Notes under the pieces: generated by a model
What the model saw: only the letters and a program-made list of their open reading frames with translations
The model's database searches: none
Told to the model about the DNA's origin: nothing
Shown here: one piece after another, positions 9,495-18,501 of the stretch
Numbering within the stretch: the stretch's first letter is position 1
How the letters are laid out: each line of letters opens with the position of its first letter
Translations under genes and position numbers: made by a program
Origin: Pseudoalteromonas tetraodonis
GTDB lineage: Bacteria > Pseudomonadota > Gammaproteobacteria > Enterobacterales > Alteromonadaceae
Reading direction: 5' to 3'
Length of the DNA stretch: 32,000 nt
Assembly (NCBI RefSeq): GCF_002310835.1
Contig: NZ_CP011041.1
Coordinates: 600,001-632,000, forward strand

Positions 9495-10148
9495 ATGAGC
9501 ATAATTCTTTATGGTGTCCCGCTTTCTCCCTATGTACGTAAAGTGCGTGTATGTTTAGCGCATAAACAACTAGACTATAAACTCGAAATAGTCTCGCCGT
9601 TTAATCAACCTGATTGGTTTTTAGAACTGAACCCTCTAGGGCGAATTCCGGCGCTAAAAGACGACGAGTTAAGTTTGGCGGATTCTAGCGTTATTTGCCA
9701 ATATCTTGATGAAAAATACCCTAATTCAGCGTCTTTACTCGGTGATACTATAGAGCAACGTGCAGCCGTTCGCTGGTTAGAAAAATACGCAGATTACGAG
9801 CTGGCTCCTTTTGCAACATTTACGGTGTTTCAGCAACGTATTATTGCTCCCACAATGCAAAAGCCAACCGATGAAGCCTTAGTGCAAAGTGCATTAAATG
9901 AAAAACTACCGCCTTTATTTGATTATTTAGAAGGTTATTTAGGGGATAACGAGTTTTTTGTTGGCGAGAGCTTAACCCTTGCCGACATTGCTGTGAGCTG
10001 CCAGTTAATGAATATGGAGCATGGTGGTGAGCAACTTGATGAGTCGCGCTGGCCTAATCTTGCAGCATTGCATAGCCGTGTAAAACAGGGGACTGCTATG
10101 CAGAGCATGCTTGAAGGCGAGCAAAAAATATTAGCCTCGCTTAAGTAG
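9495..10148 (+). CDS. Glutathione S-transferase family protein
   Basis: 217 aa with AGGAA 6 nt upstream. N-terminal thioredoxin-like GST fold (ILYGVPLSPYVRKVR..., GRIPALKDDELSLADSSVICQYLDEKYP) and a helical C-terminal domain. Confidence 0.8.
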   Translation: MSIILYGVPLSPYVRKVRVCLAHKQLDYKLEIVSPFNQPDWFLELNPLGRIPALKDDELSLADSSVICQYLDEKYPNSASLLGDTIEQRAAVRWLEKYADYELAPFATFTVFQQRIIAPTMQKPTDEALVQSALNEKLPPLFDYLEGYLGDNEFFVGESLTLADIAVSCQLMNMEHGGEQLDESRWPNLAALHSRVKQGTAMQSMLEGEQKILASLK

Positions 10149-10214
10149 CTTTTTAATGTTGGTGACTGGAATGTCGCTTATTTTACAAAATCTTAAACAA
10201 TAAAGGAGCTATCA

Positions 10215-10667
10215 TTGAAAAAAGTACTGATTGTTTGTTTGGGAAATATATGTCGTTCACCTACCGCAGAGGCGGTATTAATAGCTCGCGCTAAAGAGTT
10301 AGGCATTGATTTGCTAGTGGACTCGGCTGGGACTATTGGTCATCATGAAGGTAATCCGCCAGATAAACGCTCTATGCAAGCTGGCGAGAAACGTGGTTAT
10401 AGTTTTAAAGGTATTTTTTCACGCAAGGTGCGCAGTAGTGATTTTAGCGAGTTTGATTTAATTTTAGCAGCCGATAAACAAAACCTGACGGATCTAACCG
10501 CACGCTGCCCCGATCATTTGCAATATAAGTTGGCGTTATTTTTAGAGTATGGCGAGCAAGCACAAAGCGCTATTCCGGACCCTTACTATGGCGGTGATGA
10601 TGGCTTTGAAAAGGTACTTGATTTAATAGAGGCCGCCAGCGATAACATTTTAGCTAAGTTAAAGTAG
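10215..10667 (+). CDS. Low-molecular-weight protein-tyrosine phosphatase
   Basis: TTG start after AAAGGAG (10201..10207). CX5R(S/T) P-loop VCLGNICRSPTAE and the DPYY motif (IPDPYYGG). 150 aa. Confidence 0.88.
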   Translation: MKKVLIVCLGNICRSPTAEAVLIARAKELGIDLLVDSAGTIGHHEGNPPDKRSMQAGEKRGYSFKGIFSRKVRSSDFSEFDLILAADKQNLTDLTARCPDHLQYKLALFLEYGEQAQSAIPDPYYGGDDGFEKVLDLIEAASDNILAKLK

Positions 10668-10675
10668 AATAAACT

Positions 10676-10700
10676 AAAAAGGCGCTTAAAGCGCCTTTGG
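10676..10700. terminator. Bidirectional hairpin terminator between convergent genes
   Basis: AAAAAGGCGC-TTAAA-GCGCCTTTGG. The stem is flanked by an A-run and a T-run, between stops at 10667 (+) and 10708 (-). Confidence 0.7.
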
Positions 10701-10707
10701 TATGTTA

Positions 10708-11805
10708 TTAACGGTTTACTTTAAAGTCGAGCTGTACTTTGGAAGTTGCTGCAACCGCTTTTCCATGTTCAAACTTAGGTGCATAACGCCATTGCGCTAA
10801 TGCTTCTACTGCCGATTTTTCAAAGGCCACGCCACCTTCAGAACTAATTACTTGCGGATTTTTTACAAAGCCAGACTCATCTACTTCAAACTCCATAACT
10901 ACACTGCCATCTTTACTAAATCGCGCCTTGTTTTTAGGGTATTTAGGGTTAACGCGGTATAGCGGCTTTTGCTCTTGGCTTTCTTTCCACGGCACCATTT
11001 TAGCAATCGCGATGCAGTGTTTGGTGGCTTCATCACTTTTGCCTTGTTTTTCATACAAGCCAATCAATCTTGAGTGTGCGGTAAGCTCGGCGTTGTGATC
11101 GTAACTTAAGCTTTCATCAAACACATTTACTACACGGTTAAGTCGTTCTATTGCTTGATCGTATCTTTTTCGACCTTCCGCAAATGACGCCATTAAAAAA
11201 TCAGCTTTTATTTGTTCAACTGAGTTTTTAGGTAAGTTAGCCAGATAATACTCATCGGCTTCTTCTAGGTAGTTTTTAGCTTCTCGGTATTTTTCATAGC
11301 TGAATTTATTAGCTAGTATGGTTGCCGCTTCTAGTTTCATATCAGCCACAAACTTAGGGTTGTTTTGTGTGTTTGCGATTGCTATCACTTGCTCTAAATA
11401 ATAATCCGCTTTTTGAGCAGAAGGGGCAAAACTAGCCATACCGACTAAAGCATCAATGGTTTCAGGCGATTGCTTACCATGGTTAGTAGCTAAAATAGTA
11501 TAGGCTTGTTGATAGAGCGAAAAACGCTTTTCAATCCACTGTTTACCGTATCGATTAATTGATTTTGCATAGTTAATCGCTAAGTTTGCGGTGTTATCAG
11601 CATTTTCACCGTAAACAGTTTTACCTAATGTGTAAGCCTGCTCCGCGGCTTGTTGCACATTTTCTTTGGTTTTAATCGCATTTAAGTAATTTTGATACGC
11701 GTCGTTGAAAACGGCTTGAGCGTTATTTGTTTGTTCGGCAAATGACGTGGTGCTCAATACAGATAAACCTAAGCCCATCAGTAATGCAAGTTTGTTTAAT
11801 TTCAT
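10708..11805 (-). CDS. Secreted TPR-like repeat protein with TonB C-terminal-like domain
   Basis: Track ORF extends to 11841. I prefer ATG 11805 (AGGGA upstream), giving signal peptide MKLNKLALLMGLGLSVLSTTSFA. The helical repeat body is TPR-like. The C-terminus (YPKNKARFSKDGSVVMEFEVDESGFVKNPQVISSEGGVAFEKSAVEALAQWRYAP) resembles the TonB_C fold. Confidence 0.6.
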   Translation of the reverse strand: MKLNKLALLMGLGLSVLSTTSFAEQTNNAQAVFNDAYQNYLNAIKTKENVQQAAEQAYTLGKTVYGENADNTANLAINYAKSINRYGKQWIEKRFSLYQQAYTILATNHGKQSPETIDALVGMASFAPSAQKADYYLEQVIAIANTQNNPKFVADMKLEAATILANKFSYEKYREAKNYLEEADEYYLANLPKNSVEQIKADFLMASFAEGRKRYDQAIERLNRVVNVFDESLSYDHNAELTAHSRLIGLYEKQGKSDEATKHCIAIAKMVPWKESQEQKPLYRVNPKYPKNKARFSKDGSVVMEFEVDESGFVKNPQVISSEGGVAFEKSAVEALAQWRYAPKFEHGKAVAATSKVQLDFKVNR

Positions 11806-12037
11806 AATGATCCCTATTATTTGTCGATAACAAATTAGCAAATCCTTATGTATATGTCATCACTTTAGGTAAATCAAGGTAAACGCTCGCTAGTAATATA
11901 TTTGCGGTTTAAGATTGAAAATAGTCGCTATCGTCGCCATATATTTGCCATAAACAGTCTTGTACTACGGTGTATTTAACCTATTTTGTGATATTATCAC
12001 TTTATCGTGTCGTAGTTTTTTAATATTTGGATTGGTC

Positions 12038-12661
12038 GTGGCGCAAGTAAGAGCAAGAGTCCAGCTTAATGTTGGCAAAAATAGTGATATTCCTGCAGAA
12101 ATTATTTCCTTTAGTGGCTTAAAAGATGGCCAAGAGCATGTTGCGTTAGTGTTTAAAAACGCCGATACCGAGCAAGATGTTCCGCTTATTCGTATGCACT
12201 CTGAATGCTTAACCGGTGATGTGTTTCACTCGTCACGTTGTGATTGCGGTGAGCAGTTAAATGAGTGTATTGAAATGATGCACGAACAAGGCGGTATTTT
12301 ACTTTATTTACGCCAAGAAGGGCGTGGTATTGGTTTATATAATAAAATTGATGCGTATGTACTGCAGTCACAAGGTATGAACACTTACGAGGCCAACAAT
12401 CATTTGGGCTTTGCTGATGATTTACGTGATTTTTCGGATGCTGTATTAATGCTCAATGCGCTTAATTTAAAGCATGTAAAATTAATGACTAACAATCCTA
12501 AAAAGCTTAACGCATTAAAAGATGCTGGCATAGAGGTGGACTCTGTTGTGGGCACTCATGCACACATTAAAGCTGGGCTTTCAGGTAACAAGGCGTATTT
12601 AGAGACTAAAATTAAGCATGGCTCTCATATGCTAGATATTAAGAAAATTAAAAAACCTTAG
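12038..12661 (+). CDS. ribA: GTP cyclohydrolase II
   Basis: [24 protein letters not shown] (Zn Cys triad), [33 protein letters not shown] and LMTNNPKK. The track ATG at 11960 adds a non-homologous hydrophobic leader. I prefer GTG 12038 (TTG 12032 is also possible) by alignment to E. coli RibA. The exact start is uncertain. Confidence 0.85.
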   Translation: MAQVRARVQLNVGKNSDIPAEIISFSGLKDGQEHVALVFKNADTEQDVPLIRMHSECLTGDVFHSSRCDCGEQLNECIEMMHEQGGILLYLRQEGRGIGLYNKIDAYVLQSQGMNTYEANNHLGFADDLRDFSDAVLMLNALNLKHVKLMTNNPKKLNALKDAGIEVDSVVGTHAHIKAGLSGNKAYLETKIKHGSHMLDIKKIKKP

Positions 12662-12974
12662 GGTCTGTTGACCTTTCAAGGTTAAATTTGCAGCAGTCTG
12701 TTTGGTATTTAGGCAAGGCAGAGCCTATGTGGTGTGGTTATTCCCCATAAATAGGCGATAACGCAGCATCAATGCCAAACAGGCGCTGCCCGAAGGGTTC
12801 TGCCTAGGGGCGATTTACTCTTTGTTGCCTACATGGATGTAGGTAAGGGGCGTGAGCAGGACGCGGAAGCTTTGCTCGGTTTTGACTTAGCCCACTAGGT
12901 TACAAACCTCGCGCCGCGATTAAATCGCCCCTAGTTTGAACAAATTTTAATCCGTAAAGGGCAACAGACCCTAA
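12658..12974 (+). repeat. MITE-like / structured-RNA-like element with terminal inverted repeats, non-coding
   Basis: TTAGGGTCTGTTGACCTTT (12658..12676) versus the reverse complement of 12956..12974 matches 18/19. Internal stems: 12717..12725/12796..12804, 12804..12817/12921..12934 (14/14), 12849..12856/12908..12915, and hairpin 12828..12843. Hand-counted GC is about 55% over 12781..12900, against 27% in the preceding 60 nt. No ORF is longer than 21 codons. Confidence 0.7.
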
Positions 12975-13016
12975 TATTAACGGCATTTATCGCCGCCACC
13001 TATGTAATACCAACCA

Positions 13017-13047
13017 ACGCCGAGTTATACTCGGCGTGTTTTGTTTT
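13017..13047 (+). terminator. Rho-independent terminator, presumably of ribA
   Basis: ACGCCGAG (13017..13024), loop TTATA, CTCGGCGT (13030..13037), then GTTTTGTTTT. Confidence 0.75.
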
Positions 13048-13061
13048 AATTAAGAGCAAGT

Positions 13062-13850
13062 ATGTCTACACAATTACGAATTTTTAAAGCGGATGCGGCA
13101 TTAAAATGGTTTAAAGCGGGTTGGCTAATTTTTAAAACTCAGCCATTAACCTTTATCTTTATGCACTTGTTTATTGGCATTGTTGGCTTGTTGTCTTTAT
13201 TTTTGCCGTTATTACAAATAGTCGCAGCATTGGCTACACCATTTTTAACCGCTGGTTTTTATCAAGCCGTGCTTACCAAGCAGCAAGGCGGAAAAATTAT
13301 GTTAGCCGACATTTTGAAGCCCTTTTCAGCAAAAGGAAATCGGTTAGGCTTATTCCGCTTAGCGCTTTATCAAATGGGTGCCGGTATTTTAATTGCGCTG
13401 CTCGCCAATGGTTTATTTGCCGATGCGATGGCGGTTATGACGCAGCCTGACTTAGATCCTAATACAGCAATTAGCCAAATGCTTGAGAGTATTTCGTTTG
13501 CCAATGTGGCACTGTTTTTAATTGCGCTGTCGATATACTTTACTTCGTTTGCCTATGCGGTACCGCTGGTTTACTTTAATAAAGAACAACGTATTTTAAA
13601 TGCCTTAAAAAGTTCGTTTATGGTGTTTTATTATAATATTTTACCACTGAGTGTTTATGGTATTATTTGCGCATTATTAATTGTGGTGTCGATGTTCTTA
13701 TCGCTACTACCGCTGTTGATTTTAATGCCAATTTGCTACATTAGTTTCTTTGTTTCTTATCAGGCTATTTTTATGCCCGTTGTGCCACCAAGTGATGACA
13801 GTAACATTAAGCCTTTAAGTAGCGAGCAAAGCGGGCGCTTTGACGCTTAA
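13062..13850 (+). CDS. Hypothetical polytopic inner-membrane protein
   Basis: 262 aa with about 5-6 hydrophobic helices. Its stop overlaps the recX start (TAATG at 13848..13852), which implies co-transcription and translational coupling. Confidence 0.6.
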   Translation: MSTQLRIFKADAALKWFKAGWLIFKTQPLTFIFMHLFIGIVGLLSLFLPLLQIVAALATPFLTAGFYQAVLTKQQGGKIMLADILKPFSAKGNRLGLFRLALYQMGAGILIALLANGLFADAMAVMTQPDLDPNTAISQMLESISFANVALFLIALSIYFTSFAYAVPLVYFNKEQRILNALKSSFMVFYYNILPLSVYGIICALLIVVSMFLSLLPLLILMPICYISFFVSYQAIFMPVVPPSDDSNIKPLSSEQSGRFDA

Positions 13851-14302
13851 TGGATGATACGTTAAAACAAAAGTTAAAAAACTATGTGCTTTGGTTACTA
13901 GGAAGGCAAGAGTATTCGCGCCGAGAGTTAACCCAAAAGTTACAGCAAAGAGAAGCAACCGACGAGTTCATAGAAAACCTGCTTGATTGGTGCGAAAAGC
14001 ACAATTTTATTAACGAGCAGCGTTACTGTGAAGGGTTTGTAAGAAAGCACATATTTAAATGCCATGGCTTAAAGCGAATTCAAAGTGAGGCCATGAGCAA
14101 AGGGATTGATAGAGCACTGCTTGAAACAGTGATTGAAGAGCTGGAAATAGATTGGTTTGAGCTCGCGCAGGAAGCGTACAACAAAAAATATTCAACGACA
14201 CCGGCAAACCTCGAGTACAAAGAAAAAGCTAAGCGCGTGCGCTACTTAATGTATCGAGGATTTAGCTATGATCAAATAAATTTTGCAATGCAAGCACAGT
14301 AA
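13850..14302 (+). CDS. recX: RecA regulator RecX
   Basis: 150 aa. Has the RecX-type helical repeat pattern (YVLWLLGRQEYSRRELTQKLQQ..., ...RYCEGFVRKH..., ...KAKRVRYLMYRGFSYDQI). Lies immediately upstream of alaS, as in many gammaproteobacteria. Confidence 0.8.
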   Translation: MDDTLKQKLKNYVLWLLGRQEYSRRELTQKLQQREATDEFIENLLDWCEKHNFINEQRYCEGFVRKHIFKCHGLKRIQSEAMSKGIDRALLETVIEELEIDWFELAQEAYNKKYSTTPANLEYKEKAKRVRYLMYRGFSYDQINFAMQAQ

Positions 14303-14321
14303 ATACAGGTGAGACTTTCAC

Positions 14322-16922
14322 ATGCAGCACATGACTACCGCACAAATTAGGCAACAGTTTTTAGACTTTTTTGCCAGCAAGCAACACCAAGTTGTTCCTT
14401 CTAGTTCGCTTATACCGGGTAACGATGCCACGTTGTTATTTAATAATGCCGGTATGGTGCAATTTAAAGATGTATTTTTAGGCGCTGAAAGCCGCCCTTA
14501 CACACGCGCAACCAGTTCGCAGCGTTGTGTGCGTGCTGGTGGTAAACATAACGATTTAGAAAACGTAGGTTACACAGCACGTCACCATACCTTTTTTGAA
14601 ATGCTAGGTAATTTCAGCTTTGGTGATTACTTTAAGCAAGATGCAATTAAATTTGCGTGGGAGTTTTTAACTGAGGTTGTAAAACTACCAAAAGAAAAGC
14701 TGTTAGTAACCATTTACCATGATGACGAAGAAGCCTTTGGCTACTGGGCTAACGATATAGGCTTACCTGAAGATCGTATTATTCGTATTGCAACGAGCGA
14801 TAACTTTTGGTCTATGGGTGATACGGGTCCTTGTGGTCCATGTTCTGAAATATTTTATGATCATGGCGAGCATATTTGGGGCGGTCCTCCGGGCACACCT
14901 GAAGAAGATGGTGACCGTTTCATTGAAATTTGGAACTTAGTATTTATGCAATACAACCGTCAAAGCGACGGGACTATGGAGCCACTTCCTAAGCAATCTG
15001 TTGATACAGGTATGGGCCTTGAGCGTATTTCAGCTATTTTACAAGGTGTGCATTCAAACTACGAAATCGACTTATTCCAAGGCTTAATTGCGGCCGCTGC
15101 AAGCGTTACCAATGCACAAGATATGGATGATAAATCACTTCGCGTGGTAGCCGATCATATTCGTTCGTGTGCATTTTTAATTTCAGATGGGGTTATGCCA
15201 TCAAATGAAGGCCGTGGTTATGTATTGCGTCGTATTATTCGTCGTGCAGTACGTCACGGTAATAAGTTAGGTGCTAAAGGCGCGTTTTTCTATAAATTGG
15301 TTGCTGCACTTATTGAGCAAATGGGTCAAGCGTACCCAGAGCTTGCTAAGCAACAAGAAATTATTGAAAAAGTACTACGTATTGAAGAAGAGCAGTTTGG
15401 TAAAACGCTTGAGCGTGGTTTAGCTATTTTAGAAGAAAGCTTAAGTGATTTAACCGGGGATGTGATCCCGGGTGACTTAGTATTTAAGCTTTACGATACC
15501 TATGGTTTCCCTGCTGATTTAACAGCCGATGTTGCGCGTGAGCGCCAGATGACGATTGACCATCAAGGTTTTGAAGCATGCATGGCAGTACAACGTAAAA
15601 CTGCGCAACAAGCGGGTAAGTTTGGGGCTGATTACAATGACCAATTAAAATCAGACAAGCACACTGACTTTAAAGGCTACGATAGCACTCATTACAGTGG
15701 CACAGTGGTAGAAATTTTTGCTGGTGGCGAAGCTGTATCATTACTTGAAGATGGTCAACAAGGTATTATTGTTTTAGACCGTACTCCGTTTTACGCTGAA
15801 TCAGGCGGCCAAATTGGTGATAGCGGAACAATCACAGTAGCCGGCGGTGAGTTTGTGGTGACTAATACCACTAAACTGGGTAATGCTTTTGCTCACCATG
15901 GAACAGTTCAAGGGCGTATTGGCGTTAACGATAAAGTGGATGCAACTATTGACGATGCGCGCCGTGACAGCATTAAGAAAAATCACACCGCTACGCATAT
16001 TTTGCATGAAGCACTGCGTCAGCTTTTAGGTGAGCACGTATCGCAAAAAGGCTCACTTGTGCAGCCAGATCGTCTGCGTTTTGACTTCTCACATTTTGAA
16101 GCGGTGACCAAACAAGAACTGCGCGAAATTGAGCGCGTAGTGAATGACGAAATTCGTCGTAACTTTGCTCTTAACACTGAGCTAATGGCAATTGATGATG
16201 CTAAAGCAAAAGGTGCAATGGCACTGTTTGGCGAAAAGTACGATGACGAAGTACGCGTTGTGACTATTGGTGATTACTCAATCGAGCTTTGTGGTGGTAC
16301 ACACGTAGAGCGTGCGGGTGACATTGGTTTATTCAAAATTGTATCTGAAAGCGGTATTGCTGCTGGTGTTCGTCGAATTGAAGCGGTAACAGGTGCAGAG
16401 GCAATTGCTTTTGTAAGCGAGCAAGAGCAACAATTAGCTGATGTTGCAGCGCTTGTAAAAGGTGACAATGCGTCAGTGCTTGAAAAAGTAACTGCCTTGC
16501 TTGAAAAGTCGAAAGGGCTTGAAAAACAAGTTGCCCAGCTTAACGATAAACTAGCCAGTGCGGCAGGTGCATCGTTACTTGATTCAGTGGTTGAAATTAA
16601 CGGGGTTAAATTGTTAGTGGCCAACGTTGAGGGCACAGAATCAAAAGCGCTTCGCGGTATGGTTGATGACCTTAAAAATAAAATTGGCTCAGGTGTTATT
16701 GCCTTAGGTGTTGCCAGCGGCGACAAAGTAAGCCTAATTGCGGGTGTAACTAAAGACTTAACTGGCAAAGTAAAAGCGGGTGAGTTAGTTAATCACATGG
16801 CAGGCCAAGTCGGTGGTAAAGGCGGCGGTCGTCCAGATATGGCGCAAGCGGGTGGTTCTGAGCCACAAAATTTAACTGCAGCACTTGATAGCGTAACAGC
16901 TTGGTTAACTGAGCGTACTTAA
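14322..16922 (+). CDS. alaS: Alanine--tRNA ligase
   Basis: 866 aa. Motifs [32 protein letters not shown]-like [28 protein letters not shown], the editing-domain HTATHILH and CGGTHV, and the C-terminal [18 protein letters not shown] lies 9 nt upstream. Confidence 0.97.
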   Translation: MQHMTTAQIRQQFLDFFASKQHQVVPSSSLIPGNDATLLFNNAGMVQFKDVFLGAESRPYTRATSSQRCVRAGGKHNDLENVGYTARHHTFFEMLGNFSFGDYFKQDAIKFAWEFLTEVVKLPKEKLLVTIYHDDEEAFGYWANDIGLPEDRIIRIATSDNFWSMGDTGPCGPCSEIFYDHGEHIWGGPPGTPEEDGDRFIEIWNLVFMQYNRQSDGTMEPLPKQSVDTGMGLERISAILQGVHSNYEIDLFQGLIAAAASVTNAQDMDDKSLRVVADHIRSCAFLISDGVMPSNEGRGYVLRRIIRRAVRHGNKLGAKGAFFYKLVAALIEQMGQAYPELAKQQEIIEKVLRIEEEQFGKTLERGLAILEESLSDLTGDVIPGDLVFKLYDTYGFPADLTADVARERQMTIDHQGFEACMAVQRKTAQQAGKFGADYNDQLKSDKHTDFKGYDSTHYSGTVVEIFAGGEAVSLLEDGQQGIIVLDRTPFYAESGGQIGDSGTITVAGGEFVVTNTTKLGNAFAHHGTVQGRIGVNDKVDATIDDARRDSIKKNHTATHILHEALRQLLGEHVSQKGSLVQPDRLRFDFSHFEAVTKQELREIERVVNDEIRRNFALNTELMAIDDAKAKGAMALFGEKYDDEVRVVTIGDYSIELCGGTHVERAGDIGLFKIVSESGIAAGVRRIEAVTGAEAIAFVSEQEQQLADVAALVKGDNASVLEKVTALLEKSKGLEKQVAQLNDKLASAAGASLLDSVVEINGVKLLVANVEGTESKALRGMVDDLKNKIGSGVIALGVASGDKVSLIAGVTKDLTGKVKAGELVNHMAGQVGGKGGGRPDMAQAGGSEPQNLTAALDSVTAWLTERT

Positions 16923-16928
16923 GCTTAA

Positions 16929-18146
16929 GTGGCACTTATAGTTCAAAAATTTGGCGGCACTTCGGTAGGCTCAATAGAGCGTATTGAAGCGGTCGCCGAC
17001 CTTGTTGTTAAAACCAAGCAACAAGGCCACCAAGTGGTGGTGGTGCTTTCGGCAATGTCGGGAGAAACCAATCGCTTAATTAATCTTGCCAAACAAATCG
17101 ACTCTCGCCCGAGTAGTCGTGAACTCGATGTATTACTGAGTACCGGTGAACAAGTCTCTATCGCTTTATTAGCGATGGCCATTATTAAACGCGGCCATTC
17201 AGCGGTAAGCTTACTAGCCGATCAAGTGAATATATTAACCGATAACATGTTCGGTAAAGCCCGTGTAGAAGAAGTTGCGGCAACGCGTTTAAAACATGAA
17301 CTTGAACATAACCGTATTGCTATTATTGCCGGCTTTCAGGGGCGCGATATTGAGGGCAACGTGACCACGCTTGGCCGTGGTGGCACCGATACCTCAGCGG
17401 TTGAAATTGCTGGTGCAATAAAAGCCGATGAGTGTCAGATCTATACCGATGTTGATGGCGTATATACTACAGACCCGCGTGTGGAACCTAACGCACGACG
17501 TTTAAGTCATGTTACCTTTGCTGAAATGCTTGAGCTGGCAAGTTTAGGCGCTAAAGTATTACATATTCGCTCTGTAGAATCTGCTGGTAAACACAATGTT
17601 CCTCTGCGGGTGTTATCTAGCTTTAAACCCGATGAAGGCACGTTAATTAGTTTTGAGGAGAGCGACGTGACAAGCAATGTCGTATCGGGTATTGCATTTA
17701 ATCGAGATGAGTGCTTAATTAAGGTGCATGGAATGCCGCAAGGCACCAAACATCTTGCAAAAGTTTTGAAACTTTTTGCTGATAATGGCATCGAAATAGA
17801 TATGATTAATCAAATTAATCATAAAGTTGAAAAAGTCGACTATGCTTTTACTGTGCATTTAAATGATTACTTAAACGCACTTGATTTGTTAACGGCTGAG
17901 CAACAGCAATTTGACGCACATGCAATTGACGGATTGACCAATGTGGCGAAAGTGTCAGCGGTGGGTATGGGGATGAAATCTCATTCCGGGGTAGCGAGTT
18001 TATTTTTTGATTCGCTAGCACAAGAAAACATTGATGTGATGTTTGTTGCCACCTCAGAGATCAAAATTTCAGTTTTAATAGATGAAAAATACCTAGAGCT
18101 GGCTGTTCGTGCATTACATAAGACATTTTTAACAGAAAATGAATAG
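16929..18146 (+). CDS. lysC: Aspartate kinase (monofunctional, with ACT domains)
   Basis: GTG start. MALIVQKFGGTSVGSIERI, VVVLSAMSGETNRL, TLGRGGTDTSAV and C-terminal ACT-like repeats. 405 aa. Confidence 0.92.
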   Translation: MALIVQKFGGTSVGSIERIEAVADLVVKTKQQGHQVVVVLSAMSGETNRLINLAKQIDSRPSSRELDVLLSTGEQVSIALLAMAIIKRGHSAVSLLADQVNILTDNMFGKARVEEVAATRLKHELEHNRIAIIAGFQGRDIEGNVTTLGRGGTDTSAVEIAGAIKADECQIYTDVDGVYTTDPRVEPNARRLSHVTFAEMLELASLGAKVLHIRSVESAGKHNVPLRVLSSFKPDEGTLISFEESDVTSNVVSGIAFNRDECLIKVHGMPQGTKHLAKVLKLFADNGIEIDMINQINHKVEKVDYAFTVHLNDYLNALDLLTAEQQQFDAHAIDGLTNVAKVSAVGMGMKSHSGVASLFFDSLAQENIDVMFVATSEIKISVLIDEKYLELAVRALHKTFLTENE

Positions 18147-18236
18147 ATTGAGAGTTTTTACTTACTTTTTAGTCTAATTTTAATTAAAATGTTTGTGCGG
18201 AATCTTATAATTTTATTGGAACATGGGAGCAAGAGA

Positions 18237-18428
18237 ATGCTAATACTAACTCGTAGAGTAGGCGAGACCCTTATGATTGGTGACGAAGTAACCGTTACTG
18301 TTCTAGGTGTTAAAGGAAATCAAGTTCGTATCGGTGTTAACGCACCTAAAGACGTATCAGTTCATCGTGAAGAAATTTACATGCGCATACAAGCTGAAAA
18401 GTCTAACCCTAATCCGGGCAATGCTTAA
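18237..18428 (+). CDS. csrA: Carbon storage regulator CsrA
   Basis: Track ORF starts at 18189. The true start is ATG 18237, preceded by [53 protein letters not shown] is near-identical to the canonical CsrA. Confidence 0.97.
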   Translation: MLILTRRVGETLMIGDEVTVTVLGVKGNQVRIGVNAPKDVSVHREEIYMRIQAEKSNPNPGNA

Positions 18429-18474
18429 TCAACATAGTATAAAATGTGCTAGTTAATATAACTATGACATTTGT

Positions 18475-18501
18475 AAAAGCCACTCATTGAGTGGCTTTTT
18501 T
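18475..18501. terminator. Bidirectional terminator shared by csrA and the convergent gene
   Basis: AAAAGCCACTC-ATT-GAGTGGCTTTTTT. The stem contains the TGA stop (18486..18484) of the minus-strand gene. Confidence 0.75.

Noticed and set aside
11842-12037. FMN riboswitch upstream of ribA, and a T-box or attenuator upstream of tyrS or alaS
   Set aside because: None of the conserved riboswitch or T-box core sequences is visible in these leaders.
12658-12974. Reading the structured element as an integron attC site, a retron msr/msd, or an IS200/IS605-type (PATE/omega-RNA) relic
   Set aside because: No intI, reverse transcriptase, tnpA/tnpB or iscB lies nearby. The termini are true inverted repeats rather than subterminal hairpins. 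I cannot identify RYYYAAC/GTTRRRY core sites. At 317 bp with two domains, it does not fit a typical attC.
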